NCBI GenBank assembly: GCA_965652295.1
Contig: CBFGTS010000015.1
Coordinates: forward strand, 32,001 to 96,000
Direction: 5' to 3'
Source of the DNA: an uncultured Haloferula sp.
Lineage (GTDB): Bacteria > Verrucomicrobiota > Verrucomicrobiia > Verrucomicrobiales > Akkermansiaceae
DNA length: 64,000 nt
Positions 47,882-57,771 of this stretch are shown here, in pieces (the stretch's first letter is position 1; every line of letters starts with the position of its first letter). Made by a program: the position numbers and the translations under genes. Under the pieces are notes generated by a model, which was not told the origin of the DNA, did no database searches, and worked only from the letters and a program-made list of their open reading frames with translations.

Positions 47882-50800
47882 ATGCTCTCCCGCTCTGCAA
47901 GCCCCGCATGGAAAAGCACCTGGCTCTGGAAGACCCTTGCCAAGCGCTCCAAGAACAAGGGAAACGCCCACGCGTCGGAGTTTCTCCCCACCCTGGAACT
48001 CTGGATGCGCCTCCTCGACACTGTACTTGCTAAAGGCGGCACCTCGCCCAGCGACTTCACTCTGCACGATGCCGACCACGCCCTCCGTGTGGCGGACCGC
48101 ATAGAGCAGCTTCTCACAGACTCTATTCGGCAGAACCTCTCCGATTACGAACTCGCCCTGCTCCTGCTGGCAGCCTACAGCCACGACATCGGCATGACCC
48201 CAGAGCGCGGAAAGGTCACCGCCCATCACCGCCATCTCTTTGATCCCGACGGGAGCGCACTCACCGAGAAGGAGAAGGCCAGCTTCCAGAGTTATCTCGA
48301 CGAGCATGACGGCCACGCTATCTCACTTCCACTGACCGCGCCCATCGATCTTAATCTCGCCGACGAACTGGTCGCCTTCTACGTCCGCGAGCGGCACAAC
48401 GACTGGAGCGCCGAATGGATCCGTGAAAATCTTATTGCTGCCAGTTTCGCGTTCCTACCGGACGTGGTCGAAATCCTTGTTCGTCTCTGCACCAGCCATC
48501 ACCTAGACGTCCTCCGGCTCGATGCCTCCGACTTCGATCCCCTCCTCAGCAACGGCCCCGTACCCCAGCTAATCCACCTCCGCTACCTCGCCTGCCTCCT
48601 GCGCCTCGCGGACATCTTGGAAAACGACCCCGAGCGCACCCCCGCCGTGCTCCTTCGCCACCGTGCCCTTGAGGATCGTCCGCGTAGCCTCGTCCATTGG
48701 CAGAAGGACCACGCTCTCACCATTGACATTCGCGGCGACAACCTCCACTTCCAAGCTCGTCCTCGTACCGCGGTGGCCCACCGCGCCCTGATCGATCTCA
48801 AGGATTGGATCGACCACGAACTCCATGGCATTGTCTCCTTCGGCGAGCGTCTCCCCGCGGAAAAGACCGTCGGCAAGCAAATCATCCGCCGCGATTGGCA
48901 TCTCGCCCCCGCCGTCACCCACGACATCCGACCCTTCAATGAGGCCTACGAGTACATTGATGGCGCCTTCCGTCCCAACACCGCGCGCCTGCTCCAGCTC
49001 CTCTCCGGCGAGCAACTCTATGGCAATCCTCTCCATGCCGTCCGCGAGCTGCTCCAAAATGCCTTCGATGCTGTCCGCGAAAAGATCGCCCGCAAGCGGC
49101 TGACTCTACCGAACCCCGCCAACCGCAGGTGGGAAGAAGAACTCGGCAATCAGGAGCATGTTATCCTCACCTTGCGTCCCGGCCCCGCTGGTGGCTGGGA
49201 GCTTGTCTGCGAGGACAGCGGCGTCGGCCTCACTCGGGACATCATCAACCGCCACGTGCTGGTTAGCGGCACCGGTCGCCGCCACGCCATTCGCCAGCTT
49301 GAGCGCGATTGCCAAGATGCCGGATTCCACCCCGGTCTCACCGGCCAATTCGGCATCGGCGTCCTCAGCTACTTCATGCTCGCTGAAGCTGTCACCCTTG
49401 AGACCACCCGTTACCAAGGCTGCAACGACGGAACCGAAAGCTGGCGCTTCACCACTCGCGGCGTGGGCAGCTTCGGTGAACTGAAGAAGCTCCCCACATC
49501 TTTTCTCCACGGCGGCTCCCGGGTGACGTGGGAGTTGAAGAGGCAATGGGTGACCGACAGTTCGGCATTCGCTCAGAAGCTGCTGGCCTACTTAGTGGAT
49601 ACACTTGTTCGGCTACCATGTCGCTTCGAGTATCGCATCGAAGGTGTTCCGAAGGGCAACCACATCTGGAAGCGCGATTTCGGCTGGGTAACCACCGAGG
49701 AGGACTGGATAGGCCTCGCGCAGAGCAAATGGAAAAGCGCCGATGAGATCTATGGAAGTGAACGTACATTTATCAGCGAAGCGGAGCGACGTCTGATCGA
49801 AGAACTCAAAGCACAACACCCGACATTTGAAGCGGATGCCCAAGACCGACTCCGGTGCGAGTTTCTTGAAGTGCCACTTCCCGATAATGCCGGAATCGCC
49901 CGGGTGGTGGTAACTTACTTCGAACTCAAGGACGGAAGGTCGCTCATGCATAATCCCACGTATCCCGGTCACGAGCCATTCAGATTGGAGAGTCACTCGT
50001 TCGGCGCATGGCGAGGGATGGGCTGTGCGATTCGAGCACGAAACGCTCATAAGAAAGGGGAGATTTTCACGACGCCGTTGGCCATGGCCCAGCAGGGCAT
50101 TTCTGTGGAGGTCGATCTACTTGGCGAGATCGATTCTGCCCTTGGCGTCGATCGCGAAGGGGTAATCATTTCATCGCACAGCACCGATTCTTGGAGAAAT
50201 GCCATCTTGACCGCCGCCACTGCACTCCTGGAACGAACACTGGCCACAGGAAGCGGCAACCTGTTCCACGAGATCAATCAAGCAACGCGGAACTTGCCCT
50301 TGACGCTCGCTAAAGGGGTAGGATGGTTCCACATTGCAGAGGAACCCCGATTTCGACCGCTCCAGTTCCCCGCTGCGATTTCGTTTGCGCAAAAAGCCAT
50401 CGCCCCAAACCTACAAACCTCTGAGGGCGAACCGGTAACGCTTCTAGGCTGTGATGAAAAGCAGCTTCGCCTCCTTCCGCGCACCTTTGAGCTAAAGTTC
50501 ATCCAATCAAAGAGGAAATCTCGCCGCGGCTATCCCTCCCCATTAATCTTCTGGAAGCAACCATCGGCGACCCCACGCAAAGCGATATTCCCAAAGGAGT
50601 GGGAGCGTGTCGCCATCTTCGTTTTGGCATACAACACTTTCTCTAATTGGCAGTTGAAGATCCTTAATGAGCAACATCCTCTGCTCTCCCTTCTTTCGAA
50701 AGAGCAGCGTGAAACAGTGCTGCTTCCAAATACCCATGGGCACCGCTTTTGGGAGGAGCTCGCCTCAGTGGAAAGCCCCGGAAATTCTGCATGGGCGTTG

Positions 50801-51106
50801 TTGAGAGCGGCCCTTTCACTCTCAACATCATTCTACAGCAAAGGTCCGTCTTCGTGGAACAAGTTCGTGAACGATAACGAAGTCCTGATGGAATCTCATT
50901 GGAATCTGATAAGCCAAGATTTGGGAAGAGAAACAAGCGATCTGGAATTTCAAATCTGCACGCAGTCAAGAACGCTGACGATCTCCCCCAGGAAATCAGC
51001 AATCGGAACGACAAATGGCGAAGCTGCGAACATTTCGTCCTTTTTGCCCGCCATAAACGATCCGAGCTTTCTCCTCTACGAAACTGATACTCTAGGGCGC
51101 GAGTGA
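47882..51106 (+). CDS. HD-CE domain plus HSP90-like GHKL ATPase multidomain protein
   Basis: FTLHDADH..RV, AYSHDIGM, LRLADIL; LYG....VRELLQNAFDA, EDSGVG, GQFGIG.LSYFM. Confidence 0.82.
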   Translation: MLSRSASPAWKSTWLWKTLAKRSKNKGNAHASEFLPTLELWMRLLDTVLAKGGTSPSDFTLHDADHALRVADRIEQLLTDSIRQNLSDYELALLLLAAYSHDIGMTPERGKVTAHHRHLFDPDGSALTEKEKASFQSYLDEHDGHAISLPLTAPIDLNLADELVAFYVRERHNDWSAEWIRENLIAASFAFLPDVVEILVRLCTSHHLDVLRLDASDFDPLLSNGPVPQLIHLRYLACLLRLADILENDPERTPAVLLRHRALEDRPRSLVHWQKDHALTIDIRGDNLHFQARPRTAVAHRALIDLKDWIDHELHGIVSFGERLPAEKTVGKQIIRRDWHLAPAVTHDIRPFNEAYEYIDGAFRPNTARLLQLLSGEQLYGNPLHAVRELLQNAFDAVREKIARKRLTLPNPANRRWEEELGNQEHVILTLRPGPAGGWELVCEDSGVGLTRDIINRHVLVSGTGRRHAIRQLERDCQDAGFHPGLTGQFGIGVLSYFMLAEAVTLETTRYQGCNDGTESWRFTTRGVGSFGELKKLPTSFLHGGSRVTWELKRQWVTDSSAFAQKLLAYLVDTLVRLPCRFEYRIEGVPKGNHIWKRDFGWVTTEEDWIGLAQSKWKSADEIYGSERTFISEAERRLIEELKAQHPTFEADAQDRLRCEFLEVPLPDNAGIARVVVTYFELKDGRSLMHNPTYPGHEPFRLESHSFGAWRGMGCAIRARNAHKKGEIFTTPLAMAQQGISVEVDLLGEIDSALGVDREGVIISSHSTDSWRNAILTAATALLERTLATGSGNLFHEINQATRNLPLTLAKGVGWFHIAEEPRFRPLQFPAAISFAQKAIAPNLQTSEGEPVTLLGCDEKQLRLLPRTFELKFIQSKRKSRRGYPSPLIFWKQPSATPRKAIFPKEWERVAIFVLAYNTFSNWQLKILNEQHPLLSLLSKEQRETVLLPNTHGHRFWEELASVESPGNSAWALLRAALSLSTSFYSKGPSSWNKFVNDNEVLMESHWNLISQDLGRETSDLEFQICTQSRTLTISPRKSAIGTTNGEAANISSFLPAINDPSFLLYETDTLGRE

Positions 51107-51652
51107 GGAGCGGAAGGCGGTCCGGCGGGAAGCCACTCCGCCCTTCAACCGCTTGTTCATGATCACGCTGCGGTAGTTCGTGATGTCCCAGTCGGCATGG
51201 CAGACGTAAACGAAGCCCCTTCTCTCATAGAGTTCGACCAAATGGGCCGCTCCTTCGGCGGTATCCAGCGCAAGGTTGGGGACACCGTGGGCTAGGGTGG
51301 TCGCCTCGATGATCTCCAGAAGCTGCGAACCAATGCCCCGGCGTTGAAGCGAGGGCTCGACTCCGAATTGTCCGAAACGGGCGACATCCTCCCGATCATA
51401 CCACGCACATCCCGTTTCAGATGGGGGCAGATACAAGGTGGCGGTGCCGACGATGCGGGAGTCGAGCTCGGCGACGAAGGCGAGGCCCTGTGAAAGACGT
51501 CGATGCGTGGTTTCCTCATCCTGCCAGGTGGCATGGTAGCGAAAGCCAAGCTCGGCCAGTTGCCCATAGGCGCGGTGGAGCATCGCGGTCATCGCGGAGA
51601 TGTCATCGCTCTCCCTCCAGGCTCGGATTTCCCATTCCTTCATCTTATCCAT
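51092..51652 (-). CDS. GNAT N-acetyltransferase
   Basis: FGVEPSLQRRGIGSQLL, LDTAEGA.HL..LY.RRGF. Confidence 0.88.
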   Translation of the reverse strand: MDKMKEWEIRAWRESDDISAMTAMLHRAYGQLAELGFRYHATWQDEETTHRRLSQGLAFVAELDSRIVGTATLYLPPSETGCAWYDREDVARFGQFGVEPSLQRRGIGSQLLEIIEATTLAHGVPNLALDTAEGAAHLVELYERRGFVYVCHADWDITNYRSVIMNKRLKGGVASRRTAFRSSLAP

Positions 51653-51697
51653 CCACCCAAATCATACCCGGCAATCCCCCTCTCCCGATCCGTCCCA

Positions 51698-53203
51698 TCA
51701 CCCCGTCTGCTTCTGCACGTCGGCGTGCCAGCGCCAGTTGGGATGGCGGACGTAGCCGAGCGCCTCGGCCACCGTGAGGCCGTTGCGGGCGGCCGTGGCG
51801 AGCTGCGTCCGCCGCTGGTTCCAGATCGCGGCCTCGGCAGGCTTCACCTGGTGACGCTTGTCGTAGGGAGCCATCTGCCCGACGAGCATGACGAGATAGC
51901 CCTCGATCCCGAAGTCGCTCTCGGTTTTCCCGATCCGGTAGCGGCAGAATCCGGTCGGTCCGTTTTCCCGATAGAACTCCAGCAGGGCTCCGATGCCGGA
52001 AAGGTCCGTTTCCTCGCGGCATCGCCGCCAGAACTCGGTCTGCCCGGCCGTGTTCAGCTGGTAGTGCAGGCCGAGGAAATCGCGGATGTCCTCCCAACCG
52101 ATGTGCGTCTGCTCGTTGTAGAGATCGATCATGCTCGGCGTGGGCTCCATTTCGCAGTGGAGGAGGAAATCGACCACCGTCTTGACGTGCGAGCAGACGA
52201 TCATCAGCGCGGTGGCCTCCAGCGGCTCGACGAATCCGGCCGAGTTTCCAATGGCGACGACGTTCTTCACCCACATCCGGCGGTGGCAGCCGCTGCGGAA
52301 CTTCACGATCCGGAGCTGCTCGGGGACCTTGGGGCTTTTGCGACGGAACTCGTCGGCCGCCTGATCGTCGGAAATCATGTCGGAGCAGTACACGTATCCC
52401 CGGTTCACCCGGTGCTCGTGCTCGATCCGCCAGCTCCAGCCCCAGTCCATTTGATCGGCCGTGGTGTAGGGCAGGATCGGCTCTTCCACCCGGTCCCAGC
52501 CGCCCACCACCGCCCGGTCGCAGAAGAGCGTTTTGCCAAAGGACTGAAACGGCTCCTCCAGCGCCTTCCCGATCAGCTCGGCGCGGAAGCCGCTGCAATC
52601 GACGAAGAAGTCCGCCTCCAGCCGACGGCCATCCTCCAGCAGCACGGCTTTCACGCCCGCGTCATCCACCTCGGTGGAAACCAGCTTTCCGTCGGTGATC
52701 TCCACTCCCCACTCGGTGGCGTAGCTTTCCAGGACCGTCACCAGCTGCTCGTTCTCGATGTGGAAGGCGTGCCATGGCTGGACGTCCGGGCAGCCGTTGG
52801 GCTGGCGGAGGAAAACCTTGTCCGCCCGCATCAACGCCGCGGGCACATCAAGGTTGTCGAACTCCTCGTCGCAGTAGAACCCGATCGGCCGTTCCATGCC
52901 CGCCCACTGAGCGTCGAGCTGCCGGCCGAAGGTGTAGTCGAAACGGCCCCGCGGCCCCCAGTTGAAGCGGATGCCCAGCTTCCAGGTCGGTGCCGCACGA
53001 CGATAGAAATCCGCCCTCGGGATCCCAAGGTAGTCGAACAGGTGCGTGGGAAAGTTCGGCGTGGTTCCTTCCCCCACGCCGATCACGCCGAGGTCCGGAT
53101 CGCGCACGATCCGCACTCCGAGCTGGGGAATCCTCTTCTTCAACGACAGCGCCGCGATGAGACCGGCACTTCCTGAACCAACGACCAACACATTCTGAAT
53201 CAT
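51698..53203 (-). CDS. Flavin-dependent halogenase (tryptophan halogenase family)
   Basis: GSGSAG, IGVGEGT.P, TWKLGIRF (catalytic Lys), GWSWRI, FVEPLEAT. Confidence 0.9.
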   Translation of the reverse strand: MIQNVLVVGSGSAGLIAALSLKKRIPQLGVRIVRDPDLGVIGVGEGTTPNFPTHLFDYLGIPRADFYRRAAPTWKLGIRFNWGPRGRFDYTFGRQLDAQWAGMERPIGFYCDEEFDNLDVPAALMRADKVFLRQPNGCPDVQPWHAFHIENEQLVTVLESYATEWGVEITDGKLVSTEVDDAGVKAVLLEDGRRLEADFFVDCSGFRAELIGKALEEPFQSFGKTLFCDRAVVGGWDRVEEPILPYTTADQMDWGWSWRIEHEHRVNRGYVYCSDMISDDQAADEFRRKSPKVPEQLRIVKFRSGCHRRMWVKNVVAIGNSAGFVEPLEATALMIVCSHVKTVVDFLLHCEMEPTPSMIDLYNEQTHIGWEDIRDFLGLHYQLNTAGQTEFWRRCREETDLSGIGALLEFYRENGPTGFCRYRIGKTESDFGIEGYLVMLVGQMAPYDKRHQVKPAEAAIWNQRRTQLATAARNGLTVAEALGYVRHPNWRWHADVQKQTG

Positions 53204-53320
53204 GATCGTCGGCCATCATGGCTGAACTTCGTCGCAGCGGAAGCCGGGACTCCGTCAAAACGTGGCATGAATCCCGGCTCCGGTTGACTCCGCCCCTCCT
53301 CCGGGCGATGCAGGGGAACC

Positions 53321-55687
53321 ATGAAACGCTTCATCCGCTGGTCCGCCGCCGTCCTGATGATCGCCAGCAGCCTCGCCGCGGAGCGCGAACGGCTCTTCAA
53401 CAACGGCTGGAGGTTCTTCCTCGGCGATCAGGAAGGTGCCGAAACTCCGGACTTCACGGACGAAAGCTGGCGCGACCTTTCCCTGCCGCACGACTGGTCG
53501 ATCGAAGGGGAATTCTCGCCCGACCACGCCAGCGCCACCGGTTTCCTCCCCGGTGGGACCGGTTGGTATCGCAAAACCTTCACCCTGCCGGAGGGCGCCG
53601 CCGGCAAACACGCCTTCCTGCGCTTCGAGGGCGTCTACCGGAACAGCGACGTCTGGATCAACGGCCACCACCTAGGGCACCGGCCGAACGGCTACATCGA
53701 CTTCGAATACGAACTCACCCCGCACCTCCAGCCCGGCGAGAACGTGCTGGCCGTGCGCGTCGAGCGCGAGAACGTCGCCGACTCCCGCTGGTACACCGGC
53801 AGCGGCATCTACCGCGATGTCTGGCTGACCCTTACCGACCCCGTCCACGTCGTCCGCCACGGCGTGTTTCTCACCACTCCTCAGATCACCGGCACCTATG
53901 CCGAGGTGAACAGCACCTGCGAGGTCACCAACGGCTCCGCCGACACAAAGGACATCACCGTTTCCGCCGAGATCGCCGATGCCGAGGGGGCGGTCGTTTC
54001 CCGCGCCACCACCACGCGTCCGCTCGAGGCCGGGGAAACCTGGACCTATCCCCTCTATCACCCGGTCGAAAACCCCCGCTGCTGGGGCGTGGAGAATCCC
54101 TACCTCTACCGCGTCATCCACCGCGTCGAGATTGATGGCGAAGTCGTGGATGAAGTCACCACGCCGCTCGGCATCCGCAGCTTCCGCTTCGATCCGGACG
54201 AGGGCTTCTTCCTCAACGGCGAGCCCCTGCTCATCAAAGGCATCTGCAACCATCACGATGCCGGATTTCTCGGAGCCGCCGTGCCCCGCCCGGTCCTCGA
54301 ACGCCGCCTGCGGCTGCTCAAGGACATCGGGGCCAACGCCATCCGCTGCTCCCACAACCCGATGCAGGACGACCTCTACGAACTCTGCGACGAGATGGGT
54401 TTCCTGATGATGGACGAGGCCTTCGACGAGTGGGAACTCGGCAAACGCAAGTGGGTCAAAGGCCGCAACTCCGGCACCGCCGAACGCTTCGGCTACAACG
54501 TCGATTTCGAAGCATGGGCCGTCCGCGATGCCGAGGCGATGGTCCGCCGCGCCCGCAAGCATCCCTCCGTCATCCTCTACAGCATCGGCAACGAGATCGA
54601 TTACCCGACCGACCCCTACGTCCATCCGAAGTCCCGCCAGGTCGAGATTTTCAAGGACTCGCCCGGCCAACCCTCGATGACCCGCCTCGCCGCCGTCGCA
54701 CCCTCGCTGATCGCCGCGGTGAAACGCCACGACCCCACACGACCCGTGACGATGGCTCTTTCCAACAGCACCGCCGCCAACGCCATCGGCCTCGCCGACA
54801 TGCTTGATGTCGCCGGCTACAATTATCAGGAGCAGTACTACGAGGAAAACCACGCCGCCTTCCCAGGCCGCGTCCTGCTCGGCAGTGAGAACGGCGACGC
54901 CCCCGACGCCTGGGCCGCGGTACGAGATCTGCCGTACATCTCCGGCCAGTTCCTCTGGACCGGCTTCGATTTCCTCGGCGAGGCCAACGAGTGGCCGAAC
55001 CACGGCAGCGAGGCCGGCATCTTCGACATCGCCGGTTTCCCGAAACGTGACGCCCTCTGGCGCGAGGCCGTCTGGTCGGACCAACCCGTCCTTCACCTCA
55101 CCGCCAGCCAGGGCCGCCGCTGGTGGCAAGGCGGGGACTGGAACGAACCCCGTCGACCCGACGAGCCGATGCAGGTCATCGCTTTCACCAACCTTCCCGA
55201 AATCACCCTCACCCTCGACGAACGCGAAATCGGCACCGCCAAGCCGCAAAACGGCGTCGCCCGCTGGGAGCTGCCATGGGAGGCGGGCGAACTCATCGCC
55301 AGCGGTAAGGACGCGGAGGGCAAGGAACACCGCACCATCCTCGCCACCACCGGCGATGCCGCTTCCATCCGCGTCACCGCCGACCGCTTGGCCCTCAAAG
55401 GCGACGATCGCGATGCAATCCACGTCACCCTCGAACTGCTCGATGCCGACGGCCGCCGCGTCGCCCGCGACGACCGCGAAATCACCCTCACCACCACCGG
55501 CCCGCTCCGCCTCGCCGCCTTGGAGAACGGCGATCAGAATGACAACACCTCGCCGCGCTCGAACAGCCGCGAGACCCGCCACGGCCGCGCCCTCGCCATC
55601 ATCCAGGCGAATGCTCCCGGCCCAGCCACCCTCACCGTCGAGTCCGAAGGCCTCCCCATCGCCGCCCTCCCGATTGAAGTGAAATAG
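53321..55687 (+). CDS. Glycoside hydrolase family 2 (beta-galactosidase-like), secreted
   Basis: LPHDWSI, SRWYTGSGIYR, AIRCSHNP, SIGNE, WTGFDFLGE. Confidence 0.93.
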   Translation: MKRFIRWSAAVLMIASSLAAERERLFNNGWRFFLGDQEGAETPDFTDESWRDLSLPHDWSIEGEFSPDHASATGFLPGGTGWYRKTFTLPEGAAGKHAFLRFEGVYRNSDVWINGHHLGHRPNGYIDFEYELTPHLQPGENVLAVRVERENVADSRWYTGSGIYRDVWLTLTDPVHVVRHGVFLTTPQITGTYAEVNSTCEVTNGSADTKDITVSAEIADAEGAVVSRATTTRPLEAGETWTYPLYHPVENPRCWGVENPYLYRVIHRVEIDGEVVDEVTTPLGIRSFRFDPDEGFFLNGEPLLIKGICNHHDAGFLGAAVPRPVLERRLRLLKDIGANAIRCSHNPMQDDLYELCDEMGFLMMDEAFDEWELGKRKWVKGRNSGTAERFGYNVDFEAWAVRDAEAMVRRARKHPSVILYSIGNEIDYPTDPYVHPKSRQVEIFKDSPGQPSMTRLAAVAPSLIAAVKRHDPTRPVTMALSNSTAANAIGLADMLDVAGYNYQEQYYEENHAAFPGRVLLGSENGDAPDAWAAVRDLPYISGQFLWTGFDFLGEANEWPNHGSEAGIFDIAGFPKRDALWREAVWSDQPVLHLTASQGRRWWQGGDWNEPRRPDEPMQVIAFTNLPEITLTLDEREIGTAKPQNGVARWELPWEAGELIASGKDAEGKEHRTILATTGDAASIRVTADRLALKGDDRDAIHVTLELLDADGRRVARDDREITLTTTGPLRLAALENGDQNDNTSPRSNSRETRHGRALAIIQANAPGPATLTVESEGLPIAALPIEVK

Positions 55688-55770
55688 GAGGTGGGACGCC
55701 CCCGTCCCGCAACCCCGGCAGCCCGCCAGCACCCTTCCCCGACTCGCGCATTCCTGTTAATCGCTCCCCC

Positions 55771-57741
55771 ATGCCCGCCCCCGAGCGCTTCATCGAAGCC
55801 GTCACCCGTCCCTTCGCGAAGCGAAACGCCGAGCTGCACCTCACTGCCCGCTCGTTTCTATCGAAAGCCTGCGAAAATGGATCCCTGGTGCGTCCTGAGT
55901 GCCTCAATGCCGCTACCCAGCGACTGGAGTCGAAATCGCCACGCCGGTGGTTCGCGGACTGGAAAATCCTCTTCTCACTGCTGGCCGCCGTCTCGGCCAT
56001 CATCGGCCTCGGGCTCGGCTCCAAGGCCATCTTTCTCACCCGGAAGGCACTCCGAATGGAACCGGCGAGATCACTCGTGGAGGTCACTGCTTCCCTTTCA
56101 CCCGACGAGAAGCTTCTCCTTCATGGCGACACCACCAAGTTCGGCGCGGATCGCTACAAAGCCTTGTGGGATTCCGAGCCCGACAATCCGGCCTATTTCG
56201 CCGACTACGCGCTGCGCCATGTTAGGGAGCACGACGACCTGCCTCCCGATTTCCTGGAAACGGCCGAGCGGCTGGACCCCGACAACAGTTGGTTCGTGAT
56301 TCTGGCAGCAGGTGTTGAAGCCAAGGGTGCCATCTCCTTAAAATCCAGACGACGATCGACGTATCGCATCGACGATGCAGAGGGTTTCGAGCGTGCCCTG
56401 AACTTGCTTCATCAGGCTGCGGATTGCTCCAGGTTCGACTCATATCAAGGAGCCCTCAGCTCGGAACGAATCGCCCTGCTGCCGGAACGGACGGATTTCG
56501 CCGATCAGTTCCTGCCTGTGGGCTACGTGGCAGGCTTGCCTTCCTCCTCCTTGGAAATGCGCTATGTCGCCACGGCAGCCAAGCTGCAGGCCGATCGATT
56601 GGCGGCCAGCAAGGATGCAGGGGCATTCCATCAGCTACTCGACGGCTACACGGACTGGCTGCGCCAATTCGCTACCGCACCGAAAGTTGCCATTGTCGAT
56701 GCGCTGGTTCTCAGGGCCTGTCTCACCAGCCCATCCAAGGATTTCGCGGAGGTTGCCGAACAACTCGGACTCGCGCAGGAAGCGGAATTCTGGCTATCCA
56801 TCCACGAATGGAGCGAGAGAGAGAAGATACGCCGGGAGGCGCTGAAGGAGGGTTCCGATATCTCCAGCCGATCGGGATTTCTTGCCGGCCTCGGCCTTTC
56901 CGTCACTTCCCGCCAAGTTGAAAACGGCCCGCAGCTCACGGAGCAAGACCTGAAGCCGTCCAGACTCATGGAACATGAACTTCTATCACGCATCCTCGCA
57001 GCGGCAGGCGGGCAGCTTCTCGCCCTCATCCTCCTCGCCACGGCGCTCTACCGCTTCCGGTTCAGTCCGCTCCACAGGCATCTCTCCCACTCCCTCGAAC
57101 GGCTCCTGACTCCGCTGGACCATCTATGGATCATGACGGCAGGCGTGCTTCTCCCCTTCGCCTTCTACTTGGGCATCTATCGCCTCACTCCCTTGGGCGG
57201 GCGGAACTGGAGCATCTCGGCCTCTCAATTCATCGTCCCTACCGGCCAGTTCACCGCGATGCTGGTGCTTGTCATTTCCCTTTCCGTGATCGTCTGCCGC
57301 CACCGGCTCAGGGTCCGCGGGCTGGAAATGAAAAGATCGCGGCTCTTATGGCTCCTCGTCGCCGGAAGTGCCATGGCCATCCCGCTTTTCGGCGCATCGT
57401 TTTTTGCCAATGGCCAGGGAAACAACCTCTCGCTTGGAGTCGCCGGACTCGTCGGCGTGCTCTTGCTCGTCCTTCTTTGTCGGGCCATCGCCGCCTTTTC
57501 GGATCGCAAGCCGAACACCATCCAGAAGCTCCTCGTCGCAGGGAACCTTCTGCCCGCCTACTCGCTCGCGATCCTGCTGATGACGGCTTCCATTCCCATC
57601 TACCACACCTTGGAAAAGCGGTGGATGGCCCGTGACCATCTCACCGAGATCACCCCGGAAGCCCCTGCCATGAGCCGCTACGAGTTCGAAGTCGCGCAAG
57701 CCGTGCAGGCCGAGGTTCGCCAGCTTCTTGCCACGGATTGA
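55771..57741 (+). CDS. Hypothetical membrane protein
   Basis: 656-aa ORF with one N-terminal TM, a helical periplasmic domain and several C-terminal TM helices. Confidence 0.7.
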   Translation: MPAPERFIEAVTRPFAKRNAELHLTARSFLSKACENGSLVRPECLNAATQRLESKSPRRWFADWKILFSLLAAVSAIIGLGLGSKAIFLTRKALRMEPARSLVEVTASLSPDEKLLLHGDTTKFGADRYKALWDSEPDNPAYFADYALRHVREHDDLPPDFLETAERLDPDNSWFVILAAGVEAKGAISLKSRRRSTYRIDDAEGFERALNLLHQAADCSRFDSYQGALSSERIALLPERTDFADQFLPVGYVAGLPSSSLEMRYVATAAKLQADRLAASKDAGAFHQLLDGYTDWLRQFATAPKVAIVDALVLRACLTSPSKDFAEVAEQLGLAQEAEFWLSIHEWSEREKIRREALKEGSDISSRSGFLAGLGLSVTSRQVENGPQLTEQDLKPSRLMEHELLSRILAAAGGQLLALILLATALYRFRFSPLHRHLSHSLERLLTPLDHLWIMTAGVLLPFAFYLGIYRLTPLGGRNWSISASQFIVPTGQFTAMLVLVISLSVIVCRHRLRVRGLEMKRSRLLWLLVAGSAMAIPLFGASFFANGQGNNLSLGVAGLVGVLLLVLLCRAIAAFSDRKPNTIQKLLVAGNLLPAYSLAILLMTASIPIYHTLEKRWMARDHLTEITPEAPAMSRYEFEVAQAVQAEVRQLLATD

Positions 57742-57771
57742 TTCCCTCCCCGCCCGTCAGCCGACCGCACC

